NCBI GenBank assembly: GCA_022837635.1
Contig: JALHFY010000001.1
Span: 160,136 to 224,135 of the forward strand
From: Candidatus Shapirobacteria bacterium
GTDB taxonomy: Bacteria > Patescibacteriota > Microgenomatia > UBA12405
DNA length: 64,000 nucleotides
Reading direction: 5' to 3'
Part shown: positions 27,106 to 35,370 of the stretch, one piece after another
Layout: every line of letters begins with the position of its first letter
How positions within the stretch are numbered: position 1 is the first letter of the stretch
Program-made: the position numbers and the translations under genes
The notes under the pieces: generated by a model
Told to the model about the DNA's origin: nothing
Database searches by the model: none
The model's input: the letters and a program-made list of their open reading frames with translations, nothing else

Positions 27106-27149
27106 GCTTCTGATTTAAGACAACGTTAAATTACGAAGCAGTTTTTACG

Positions 27150-27222
<73 letters not shown>

Positions 27223-27268
27223 CTCAGAGATGTTTGATATGAAATAGATGTGTTTGATATAATTTGGT

Positions 27269-27838
27269 ATGAGCAGGACAAGAGAAATATTGGAACGTTA
27301 TGGGTTAAATAAGATACCAATAGAGAGGAAAGTTGGAGAGACAAAATTATGGCCGAGGTTTGAGAAGGTCAGACAGGTGGTATTAGAAACTACAAAGCAT
27401 GATTGTGAAGGTATCAAAAGAACAATCAAGACACAGAGTTGGGATGGAGAGGATCGTGGAATATATGACCATATTGGAACTATTTGTGGTACTTTAAATA
27501 ATATTGATGTCAACCTAAATATCAAAGGTATTACTTATAATAGAAAATTAAATGGAGTGTTTGATGGTGTCAATGATTGGACTATCATGAATTCTTATGG
27601 TCGTGTGTTAAAGATTTGGGGTACTTTTAAGTCAGCTGATGGACGGATTGGTTGTTTAGAAATAAATAAAGAAAATTATCAAGATTATGAAGCTTATTGG
27701 TTGCAAACGGAGGGAAAAGAACTAAGACTAGAACAATTGATTCAGAGTGGAAAGGTTTTTAATGCAGTAGATTTTGGAATAAATCGTAATAAAATTGAGG
27801 TTGAAGGTGTATCATTTCCGTTCATTAAGTCTTTTTGA
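27269..27838 (+). CDS. Orphan hypothetical protein embedded in tRNA array
   Basis: 189 aa, AT-rich, no recognisable domain, flanked on both sides by tRNA genes. Confidence 0.4.
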   Translation: MSRTREILERYGLNKIPIERKVGETKLWPRFEKVRQVVLETTKHDCEGIKRTIKTQSWDGEDRGIYDHIGTICGTLNNIDVNLNIKGITYNRKLNGVFDGVNDWTIMNSYGRVLKIWGTFKSADGRIGCLEINKENYQDYEAYWLQTEGKELRLEQLIQSGKVFNAVDFGINRNKIEVEGVSFPFIKSF

Positions 27839-27866
27839 GAATAAGTTATAATATCTCATTGTTTTT

Positions 27867-27939
27867 GGCTGTTTAGCTCAGTTGGTAGAGCACATCGTTT
27901 ACATCGATGGTGTCGGGGGTCCGAGTCCCTCAACAGCCA
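27867..27939 (+). tRNA. tRNA-Val(TAC)
   Basis: Acceptor GGCTGTT/AACAGCC, anticodon stem CATCG/CGATG loop TTTACAT. Confidence 0.8.
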
Positions 27940-27974
27940 CATCTAGGGTATAATATGGAGCTCTTTGAAAATCT

Positions 27975-28059
27975 GCCGACGTGGTGAAATTGGTATACAC
28001 GTACGCTTGAGGTGCGTATGGAGCAATCCGTGGAGGTTCAAGTCCTCTCGTCGGCACCA
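27975..28059 (+). tRNA. tRNA-Leu(GAG), CCA encoded
   Basis: Paralog of tRNA-Leu(TAG) at 19433; anticodon loop TTGAGGT. Confidence 0.8.
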
Positions 28060-28060
28060 C

Positions 28061-28120
28061 TGCCCTGTCGTCCTGCCTCATCGGCAGGTCGCCGAAGAGG
28101 CGACTAATGGTATTAAGAAT
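28061..28120 (+). pseudogene. Partial duplicate of tRNA-Gln 5' region interrupted by a 32-nt GC-rich double hairpin
   Basis: tgccctgtcgtc[ctgcctcatcggcaggtcgccgaagaggcgac]taatggta vs tRNA-Gln tgccctgtcgtctaatggta; no 3' half. Confidence 0.45.
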
Positions 28121-28172
28121 AAAATGGTAGAGAAGTTTTGAAAGATAAGATAAAATATGGTCTGATGGACTT

Positions 28173-28243
28173 TGCCCTGTCGTCTAATGGTAGGACATCA
28201 GCCTTTGGAGCTGAGTATTGTGGTTCGAATCCATGCAGGGCAA
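28173..28243 (+). tRNA. tRNA-Gln(TTG)
   Basis: U1-A72 acceptor TGCCCTG/CAGGGCA, anticodon stem TCAGC/GCTGA loop CTTTGGA. Confidence 0.75.
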
Positions 28244-28251
28244 CAAAGAAA

Positions 28252-31200
28252 CTACCGACTCTCTTCCCTTTTTCTTCGATAAATTAGGAAAAGGAGAATA
28301 ATTACAACAGGAAGAATCAACCAAGGAGAAAAGTTGAATTTTTGTTTTTTAACGACAATATCTAAACGATGAATTTTAATCTCTGGATTATCTGAAAGGT
28401 TGATGTTTTGTTCACCTTGGTAATTATTGTAACTAATAATGACTTTATGATCTCCGGGTTCAACTTGATTAAATTCAGCAATACCCTCGGTATTGGTTAA
28501 GGCTTCTTGAACTTTGGAGTGAAGAGTAACTTTAGCATTTTCAATTGGATTGTCTTTAGTATCTACGACTTTAACTTGAACTTTGAGACCAGAGCCCGAT
28601 TTCGATGAAGATTCATCTTTATCCCCTGCTGAATGACAATTAATTTTAAGAATCCATCCGGGTTTAATAAAACTATTTTTTATGGAAGGATATTCATCAG
28701 AGTTTTGATCAATAATTTTTTGAAATTGATTACCACTACCAAGTAGTTGTCTGGCAATTGACCAGAGAGTGTCACCTGATTTGGTGATGTAGCTTTGACA
28801 ATCTGATGATGGAGTTTCTAGAGAATCATCATCAATTGCAGTCATATCCAGAGAGACAGTTTCTAGTTGATTAAAACTAAGAAGAGAATGAGTGGTGGCA
28901 GAAATCTCATTAGACCAATCACCAGTGGCACAACCATTGGCAGCCTTAATACGGAAGTAATAAGTGGTATTGGGAGATAAGTGATTAACTAAATAGCTCA
29001 TTGAATCTGAAGAGTTAACTCCAAGATTTTGAGAACCATAGGGATAAGAACCGGATTTAGTGCCATATTGAAGAATGTATTTTTCTACTGGTTTATCAGC
29101 CGGACGGAAAGACAAAAGAATACTGTGGGCACCCTTACTGACAGCACTATAGATGACAGGCGGAGTCTTACCTGGAGCTTGATCATGACATTCTGAAGAA
29201 CTAGAAGAATCTGAATTGGAAGTGGAGTTGGAAGAATCAGGAGTGGTTTCTGCTTGTCGAGATAAATTTTGGATGACAGTAGTGGTATTGAGGTAGTCTG
29301 ATTGAGTTAGGATAACTACGGGTGATTTGTCGATGATATTAGAAAGGTTAAAGCTTTGACTCCATCTACCATTGATACAGCTAGGATTTTCTTTAATAGA
29401 GACGATAGTAATGCTGATTGGATTTAATTCTAGATGAGAGGAGCAAGTTCCACTGAGAGTGTAATTAGATTTATTGCTGGTAGTGATGGGGGGTGGCGTG
29501 TCCAGAGTGAGGATTGGGGCTTGGGTATCGGCTTGTAATCCAAAGGCGCGTTCGGTGATGTTGCCATAGGTATCTAGTTGAGAAGCAGTAACATTGATAT
29601 TGGTGAGGTGAGGATATGAGAGATTGGTGATGGTTTTTTTCCAAGTATTATCAGCTTGACATTCAGTGGTGAAGGTAGAGACGGGATTAATATCATCATT
29701 CCACTTGAGAGTAATAGTGGTAGGTTCGGTGGAGGTGCAGGTGCCAGTGAGAGTGTAAGTACTTTGATTGGCGCTGGTTAGGTTTTTAGGAGTATTGAAA
29801 GTTAGATTGGGACCGGTGGTTTTTTTGAACAAAGTTTTGCTGGCAGTGTCAGTATTGTTAGCAATATCAGTTTGGGTGATTTCTACAGCAATATCTCCAT
29901 CTGAATAGGTAGAAAGATCGGCTAATAAAGTCCATTCACCAGTGGCATTACAAGTGGTAATGTATGGTTGTGTGTTTATGGTAATGGTGGGATTATTATC
30001 ATCGGCAGTGCAGGTACCAGATAGAGCATAATTAATTTGGTTATGACTATTAATGACTGCGGGATTATCTTCTATTGTGACTGTGGGTGGAGTCTTGTCG
30101 ACAATAAAATTTTCTTCTTTTGTAGAAGAATTTCTAGCTTTATCTTTGGCCTCGATGACTAACTTACCTGAGCTGTTGATAGTTAGAGTACAGTTGACTA
30201 TAGATTTATCATCATTGTCTGTATCACAGACTATTTGATTGTTCACTATACCAGCTGTTGTGTCTTGATGTATTGAAATATCGTTTGCAAAAAGATCAAC
30301 ATTATCAGTAATGGTAACAGTGACATCAATATCTTCGTTTTTGATTTTAGTAGGTGCAGAGATGATTATTTTTGGATATTCTGTATCATAAAAATATTTT
30401 TGTAGGTTTTCTCCTCTTTGGTTACCTGTTTCGGTAGCGTAAACTTGAAGCATACCTGTTTTTTGAATACCTGAGATCTCACAGGTGACAGGAGAATTGT
30501 ATGGTGGTCCTTTAACTATATTGTCATTTTGATCTTTACATTGAGTGATTGATGCTCCTATACTAGATTCGCCGGTGAGTCCAATACCAATTACTTGTTT
30601 ACTTGGATCGGATGTAGTAATTTTTACAGTGGTATCATTGATGGGTTCATTACTAATGATAGTGGGAGCATTTATTTCAATTACTGGTGGGAAGATGATT
30701 CTTCGAGAGGTGGTATTACCGGTAGTATCGTATGCTTTAATTTCTACCATATGGGGAGTTTCATCAGGGTCTAAATTAAGTGGATGACTTTGAAGATCAA
30801 GATTGGGATCATCAGGGATTGTGACGGAGGTACCAACACCTAATTCATTTTTGAAGTAAATTTGATATTTATCTACCCCGGTAGGGTCATCAGCCTTAAA
30901 AAGAACGGTTGGGTTATTTACACCAGATGCTCCAATACTAATATTGGCTATGGTAAAGGTAGGACCTAATGTATCTATGATGTATCCAGGTTCTTCAGCG
31001 GTAGAAGAATAACCAGCCTTATCAGTAGCTTTGAGAACTAAGGTACCAGAGGTAGTAACATCGAGTGTACATTCTATTTCTAAGTGAGTTTCGGAAGTAG
31101 GATTTTCATAACTATTTTCATATGGAAAACCGGTTGATGAAGTGTTTTTAATGGCGATACATGTCATGTGTTCTATGTCAGCAGCAGCGACACTTAATGC

Positions 31201-32856
31201 ATCCAATTCCACAGTATTGATGGAGTATCTGTCACTAACTCGAAATTTTATTTCTACGGGGCCTTTGGAAACTTTGTCTCCCGGTGAGGTAATTTGAATT
31301 ACTGGGCCAACATCATCAATGTCTTTGACGGTAATGATAAAGATTTGTTCTGAATAAAGTCCGGTTGGGTCGGTGGCTCGTATCCTGATAGTATATTTGT
31401 TCCTATCATTTGGATCAGCTGAGCCTTGAGGATTTTCAAAGTCAGGTGCTTGAGAGAAAGTTAAAAGACCACTAGTGGTATCGAGAGCAAATTTGAGATT
31501 GTCTCCATCGCCTTCACCGGAGACAAAAGTGTAAACAACAGCATCACTTTCATCAGTTGATGAAATAGTGCCTACTTCGGTGGTATTTTCGTAAATTTCT
31601 GTTTCAGATAAAGTTAGGTCTTGTGGTGGACAATTTGACCCAGCGTCGGTAATTGTCCAGCTGTTTGGTGAATTGGTCAAGGTGTTGTGAGCTGTTTTGG
31701 CGGCGCAATAGTTGATGCCAGCTGCACCAAAAGTAACGTTTGATTTTATAACAGGCTGTCCAGCCCAACTATTTAATAGAGCATCATAATGTTCGGTGTT
31801 TAGACCGGAGTTACTTAGCATGTTATTAGCATTATTGAGAGATGAAATATTAAAATTACTAATATCCTGATTAAATGAACTAGTACCCAAAAACATTCCT
31901 GTCATATTGTTTATACTGCTAGTATTCCAGTTAAGGGCGCCACTACTTTCTCCTGGTTCTTTGCCATTATTAAACTTGGTGGCATCCCAAAACATATAAT
32001 TCGTTCGGAGCACACTAGAAGTGTTCCAACCCCCTATTGGTTGATTAAAAACTTTGGTACGAGCAAACATATATGTCATATCCGTAACTTTTTCAGTATT
32101 CCACTTGCTAATATCTTGATTGAAGGCTTCGGCTACATAGAACATAGCACTCATGTTTGTAACATTTCCAGTCTTCCAATTTTCTATTGGTTGATTAAAA
32201 GCTTTAGCACTTCTAAACATGCCAGACATATTTTTCACATTGTCAGTTTTCCAATTTCCAATTGGAGCATTAAACTTAGGACTATTTAAGAACATATTTG
32301 ACATATCAGTCACATTGATAGTATCCCAAGTATTCATATATTCATTACCAGTAAAGTTAGCCAAACCACTGAAAGCGCCAGACATATTAGTGACGGCTGA
32401 TAAATTGGGTGCATCAGAAGCATTTAGTTGCATATTTCTCATGCCATAAAAAGCTGATTCAAAACTGAACCATGGAATATATCCCCATTGTTTGATTTTT
32501 AAGAGTTTAGCTTTTTCCTCAGTGGTTAAGCCGGGAGCATAGAAAGCTAAAGGAGATCCTGATCTGATACAGACATTAAAAGTGCCAGTTTTTTGATAAT
32601 CATGAGTGTATTTAGCCTCAGTAATTGGTACATAATTACCGTCACATTCCCAGGAAACCAGATAATAAGATGCCTCAATAGCCTTTTGAAAATTTAAGGT
32701 AATGGTGGTCGATCCATCCCCGTTAATATTGGTTTGCCATTGGGTGACAAAGTCTTGAGAGTCGTAGGCATGGGCGGGATGTAGATAAAATAACTGATGG
32801 ATGAAAATTGAGACTAAAAGACCAAGTCCAGTGAGAATAGTTTTGATCTTGGTCAT
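28252..32856 (-). CDS. Giant cell-surface adhesin-like protein (DUF285/BspA-type 26-residue repeats, cadherin/Ig-like repeats, FN3, LysM, C-terminal TM anchor)
   Basis: 1534 aa; signal peptide; 8+ repeats of NMSxMFxxAxxFNQPIxxWxTSxVTNM; cadherin-like DxDxxxP region; FN3 (YYFRIKAANG); LysM (GDTLWSIARQ); terminal hydrophobic anchor + RRKREESR. Confidence 0.7.
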   Translation of the reverse strand: MTKIKTILTGLGLLVSIFIHQLFYLHPAHAYDSQDFVTQWQTNINGDGSTTITLNFQKAIEASYYLVSWECDGNYVPITEAKYTHDYQKTGTFNVCIRSGSPLAFYAPGLTTEEKAKLLKIKQWGYIPWFSFESAFYGMRNMQLNASDAPNLSAVTNMSGAFSGLANFTGNEYMNTWDTINVTDMSNMFLNSPKFNAPIGNWKTDNVKNMSGMFRSAKAFNQPIENWKTGNVTNMSAMFYVAEAFNQDISKWNTEKVTDMTYMFARTKVFNQPIGGWNTSSVLRTNYMFWDATKFNNGKEPGESSGALNWNTSSINNMTGMFLGTSSFNQDISNFNISSLNNANNMLSNSGLNTEHYDALLNSWAGQPVIKSNVTFGAAGINYCAAKTAHNTLTNSPNSWTITDAGSNCPPQDLTLSETEIYENTTEVGTISSTDESDAVVYTFVSGEGDGDNLKFALDTTSGLLTFSQAPDFENPQGSADPNDRNKYTIRIRATDPTGLYSEQIFIITVKDIDDVGPVIQITSPGDKVSKGPVEIKFRVSDRYSINTVELDALSVAAADIEHMTCIAIKNTSSTGFPYENSYENPTSETHLEIECTLDVTTSGTLVLKATDKAGYSSTAEEPGYIIDTLGPTFTIANISIGASGVNNPTVLFKADDPTGVDKYQIYFKNELGVGTSVTIPDDPNLDLQSHPLNLDPDETPHMVEIKAYDTTGNTTSRRIIFPPVIEINAPTIISNEPINDTTVKITTSDPSKQVIGIGLTGESSIGASITQCKDQNDNIVKGPPYNSPVTCEISGIQKTGMLQVYATETGNQRGENLQKYFYDTEYPKIIISAPTKIKNEDIDVTVTITDNVDLFANDISIHQDTTAGIVNNQIVCDTDNDDKSIVNCTLTINSSGKLVIEAKDKARNSSTKEENFIVDKTPPTVTIEDNPAVINSHNQINYALSGTCTADDNNPTITINTQPYITTCNATGEWTLLADLSTYSDGDIAVEITQTDIANNTDTASKTLFKKTTGPNLTFNTPKNLTSANQSTYTLTGTCTSTEPTTITLKWNDDINPVSTFTTECQADNTWKKTITNLSYPHLTNINVTASQLDTYGNITERAFGLQADTQAPILTLDTPPPITTSNKSNYTLSGTCSSHLELNPISITIVSIKENPSCINGRWSQSFNLSNIIDKSPVVILTQSDYLNTTTVIQNLSRQAETTPDSSNSTSNSDSSSSSECHDQAPGKTPPVIYSAVSKGAHSILLSFRPADKPVEKYILQYGTKSGSYPYGSQNLGVNSSDSMSYLVNHLSPNTTYYFRIKAANGCATGDWSNEISATTHSLLSFNQLETVSLDMTAIDDDSLETPSSDCQSYITKSGDTLWSIARQLLGSGNQFQKIIDQNSDEYPSIKNSFIKPGWILKINCHSAGDKDESSSKSGSGLKVQVKVVDTKDNPIENAKVTLHSKVQEALTNTEGIAEFNQVEPGDHKVIISYNNYQGEQNINLSDNPEIKIHRLDIVVKKQKFNFSPWLILPVVIILLFLIYRRKREESR

Positions 32857-32913
32857 AGATAATAAAGATTATATAGAAAAAATAAATTAATGCTATGATA
32901 GTAAGTGAATTAA

Positions 32914-33324
32914 TTGTTAAAAAAAGGAGATTTTATGGACGTAAAAGCATTTGTAGTTAATATCGAAGAAGAAACTTTAGGTAATGATAATTTTAGAAAA
33001 GTACTGTGGACTGGTCAACACAGTCAATTAGTTTTAATGAGTCTGAATCCAGGTGAAGATATTGGGGCGGAGGTACATGAAATTGTGGATCAATTTTTTA
33101 GGGTTGATGAAGGTGAAGGTAAGGTAATAGCAGACGGGCAGGAATATGAGATTAGAGACGGTTATGCAGTCTGTATTCCAGCCGGAACCGAACATAACAT
33201 TGTCAATACTTCAGCTGATAAAAAATTAAAACTTTACACCATCTACAGTCCGGCTCATCACAAAGACAAAGTGATTCATGTCACTAAGGCTGAGGCCATG
33301 GCCGATACTGAAGACCATATCTAA
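32914..33324 (+). CDS. Cupin domain protein
   Basis: 136 aa; two-His cupin motifs GEDIGAEVHE and IPAGTEHNIVN. Confidence 0.55.
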   Translation: MLKKGDFMDVKAFVVNIEEETLGNDNFRKVLWTGQHSQLVLMSLNPGEDIGAEVHEIVDQFFRVDEGEGKVIADGQEYEIRDGYAVCIPAGTEHNIVNTSADKKLKLYTIYSPAHHKDKVIHVTKAEAMADTEDHI

Positions 33325-33476
33325 TTTGGGGCGACAGGCAGAGTCAAGGTGGAGTTTTCCAGGCGGGTTAAAACTTGCCAGTCGATGCTTTGGTAAAAAA
33401 TCCAACCGGCATAACTAAGGAGAATTAAAAAGGTAATAATTAGAAAGTAACCTAGAGGGGTTATTTTGCTTTTCAT
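33321..33476 (-). CDS. Possible small membrane peptide (51 aa)
   Basis: Manual translation MKSKITPLGYFLIITFLILLSYAGWIFYQSIDWQ...; one TM helix; begins 1 nt after SBP stop; below ORF-track cutoff. Confidence 0.2.
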   Translation of the reverse strand: MKSKITPLGYFLIITFLILLSYAGWIFYQSIDWQVLTRLENSTLTLPVAPN

Positions 33477-34802
33477 TTAAGTTTTTCGAGAAATAGTGTA
33501 ATAAGTGGGATATTTAAGAAAAATAGCGGGACACTCTTCCAAAAGAATTTTTTGAAATTCTTGATAGATTCTTTTGCGTTCTTGAACATCAAAACTTTGT
33601 CTCCCCTCCTCTAAGAGTTTGTCTATAGGTGGATGATCCAGGTGAGTTAAATTAGTTTTTTGTTGAGTTGAGTGCCAGAAAACATATTGGTCGGGATCGG
33701 TAGGAATACTGCCGTAGGCCAGGATAACATCATAGTTTTGTAAATCAATTTGAGTATCGATATGGGCATCAACATTAATATTGAGGATTTCACTCCAAGC
33801 TTTTTTAATCTCGTCGGCCAAAGACACCAGACGTTGATCATTATAAACTAAACTAAGATTTTCGATTTCATTATTTTTGAAAAGTTCTTTGGCCCGGGCT
33901 GGGTCATAATTATAAGCTTTAACTTCGGGATTGTAAGCCCAGGATGAGGGAGAGATGGGAGAAATGGCGCGATCATTAAGATCATTAGTTTTAGGGGTGG
34001 CGTAGGCCAGGGCTTGACGAAGTGGTTTAGAGGCCAATTTTTTAGTGTTAATAAAAAGAGCAATATAGCGTTCATCAGTGCGAACATCTTTACTCAGGTT
34101 GGTGTTGGGCCAATTAGTTAATTCTTGAGGGTCATTGGTCAGGGTGATTTGGTTGACTTCTCCAATCTTAAAAGCATTAATTAGATCGTTTTCATTTTGG
34201 TAAAAACGGTAAAGAATAGAATTATCGGTTGATTTAAGAAGAAGAGTTTTAAGATTACCTTCGCTATAGCGATATCTTTTAACGACATGAGTACCTAGAC
34301 CATCAAAGTTTTTCTTAATTAAACTTTTGCTGAGGGTGGATAAAATCGGACTAAAAGTAGTATTACTTTTAACGACAACATGGGTAGAGTCGGGATAGGA
34401 AAATTCTAGGCCGGGAATCTGATAATTTATATCTTTGGCGGTTAGTTTTTTGCCTCGGTGCCAATTGAGCTGAGAATCAATCTCGAAAGTGTATTGATCG
34501 TGATCAGGGCTGATATCTAGGTTTTTAACTAAGGGTGAGGTGGAAAAATGGCCGTTGTTATCGCTTTGAGTCAGACCATAGGAAATTTTTTGAGAAATAT
34601 GTTCAGGAAGATTATTAAGAGAATATAATCCTTCCAGACCTATTTTTTGGATGGGTGGATTTAGTTTAGTGTAAAAAGTCGATAATTGTTGTCTAAAAAT
34701 TACAGAAGCTGAAATTAAAATAATGAAGGTTAGAAAGAGTATCCAATGGCGCTTGAGATAAAGAAGAAGTAGTTCTAATTTAAATCTGAGTTTGGTGGGC
34801 AT
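33477..34802 (-). CDS. ABC-transporter family-5 (DppA/OppA-like) substrate-binding protein homolog
   Basis: Start moved to MPTKLRF (overlaps secG stop); N-terminal TM anchor; SBP_bac_5-like region ALFINTKKLASKPLRQALAYA. Confidence 0.55.
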   Translation of the reverse strand: MPTKLRFKLELLLLYLKRHWILFLTFIILISASVIFRQQLSTFYTKLNPPIQKIGLEGLYSLNNLPEHISQKISYGLTQSDNNGHFSTSPLVKNLDISPDHDQYTFEIDSQLNWHRGKKLTAKDINYQIPGLEFSYPDSTHVVVKSNTTFSPILSTLSKSLIKKNFDGLGTHVVKRYRYSEGNLKTLLLKSTDNSILYRFYQNENDLINAFKIGEVNQITLTNDPQELTNWPNTNLSKDVRTDERYIALFINTKKLASKPLRQALAYATPKTNDLNDRAISPISPSSWAYNPEVKAYNYDPARAKELFKNNEIENLSLVYNDQRLVSLADEIKKAWSEILNINVDAHIDTQIDLQNYDVILAYGSIPTDPDQYVFWHSTQQKTNLTHLDHPPIDKLLEEGRQSFDVQERKRIYQEFQKILLEECPAIFLKYPTYYTISRKT

Positions 34803-35008
34803 TAAATTTGAGCTTGGACGATAGAGGAAATAAGAAAACAAACAATAAGAAAAATAGTCAGATTAAAGGTTAATTTTTCCCAACCTCTTTTTTCAGTGGG
34901 AATATCTGAAAGTGATTGGCTGTCACTGATACCTTTGGATTGCATAAAAATTAAGGTGATTAGGGCGATAGAGATAATGATTTGAATAATAGTTAAGGTT
35001 GATTTCAT
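34802..35008 (-). CDS. secG: Preprotein translocase subunit SecG
   Basis: 68 aa; IALITLIFMQSKG resembles SecG LVGLIMLQQGKG; two TM helices. Confidence 0.55.
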   Translation of the reverse strand: MKSTLTIIQIIISIALITLIFMQSKGISDSQSLSDIPTEKRGWEKLTFNLTIFLIVCFLISSIVQAQI

Positions 35009-35370
35009 AGTTTTCTGAAAATATAAAGTAGGGTACTAATAAAAAAGGAGGTAAACAGATAGGCCCAAAAACCACTAAGGAAGTAATTAAAAACTGTCAG
35101 TGAAGAAACTTCAAAACCACTAATGAGATAGACGGCCAAATAAAGACCTAAAGTTTGAATAATAATTCTAACCAATCCTAGGGTGAGAACAGTGACCGGG
35201 AGGAGTAAGATTTTTAAGACTGGTTTGAGAATTAATTCAAAAATAGCCAGGACTAAAGAAACATAAATAATGGTTGGAAATTTTGGAGAAAAAGTGAGAT
35301 TACCAAAAAGTTCCTGATGAATAACTAGAGCAAAGCCTAGATAAAGACTGTATTTAAGAAATTTTTTCAT
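35005..35370 (-). CDS. Small 4-TM membrane protein (DUF360/holin-family-4-like)
   Basis: 121 aa, four hydrophobic segments. Confidence 0.3.
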   Translation of the reverse strand: MKKFLKYSLYLGFALVIHQELFGNLTFSPKFPTIIYVSLVLAIFELILKPVLKILLLPVTVLTLGLVRIIIQTLGLYLAVYLISGFEVSSLTVFNYFLSGFWAYLFTSFFISTLLYIFRKL

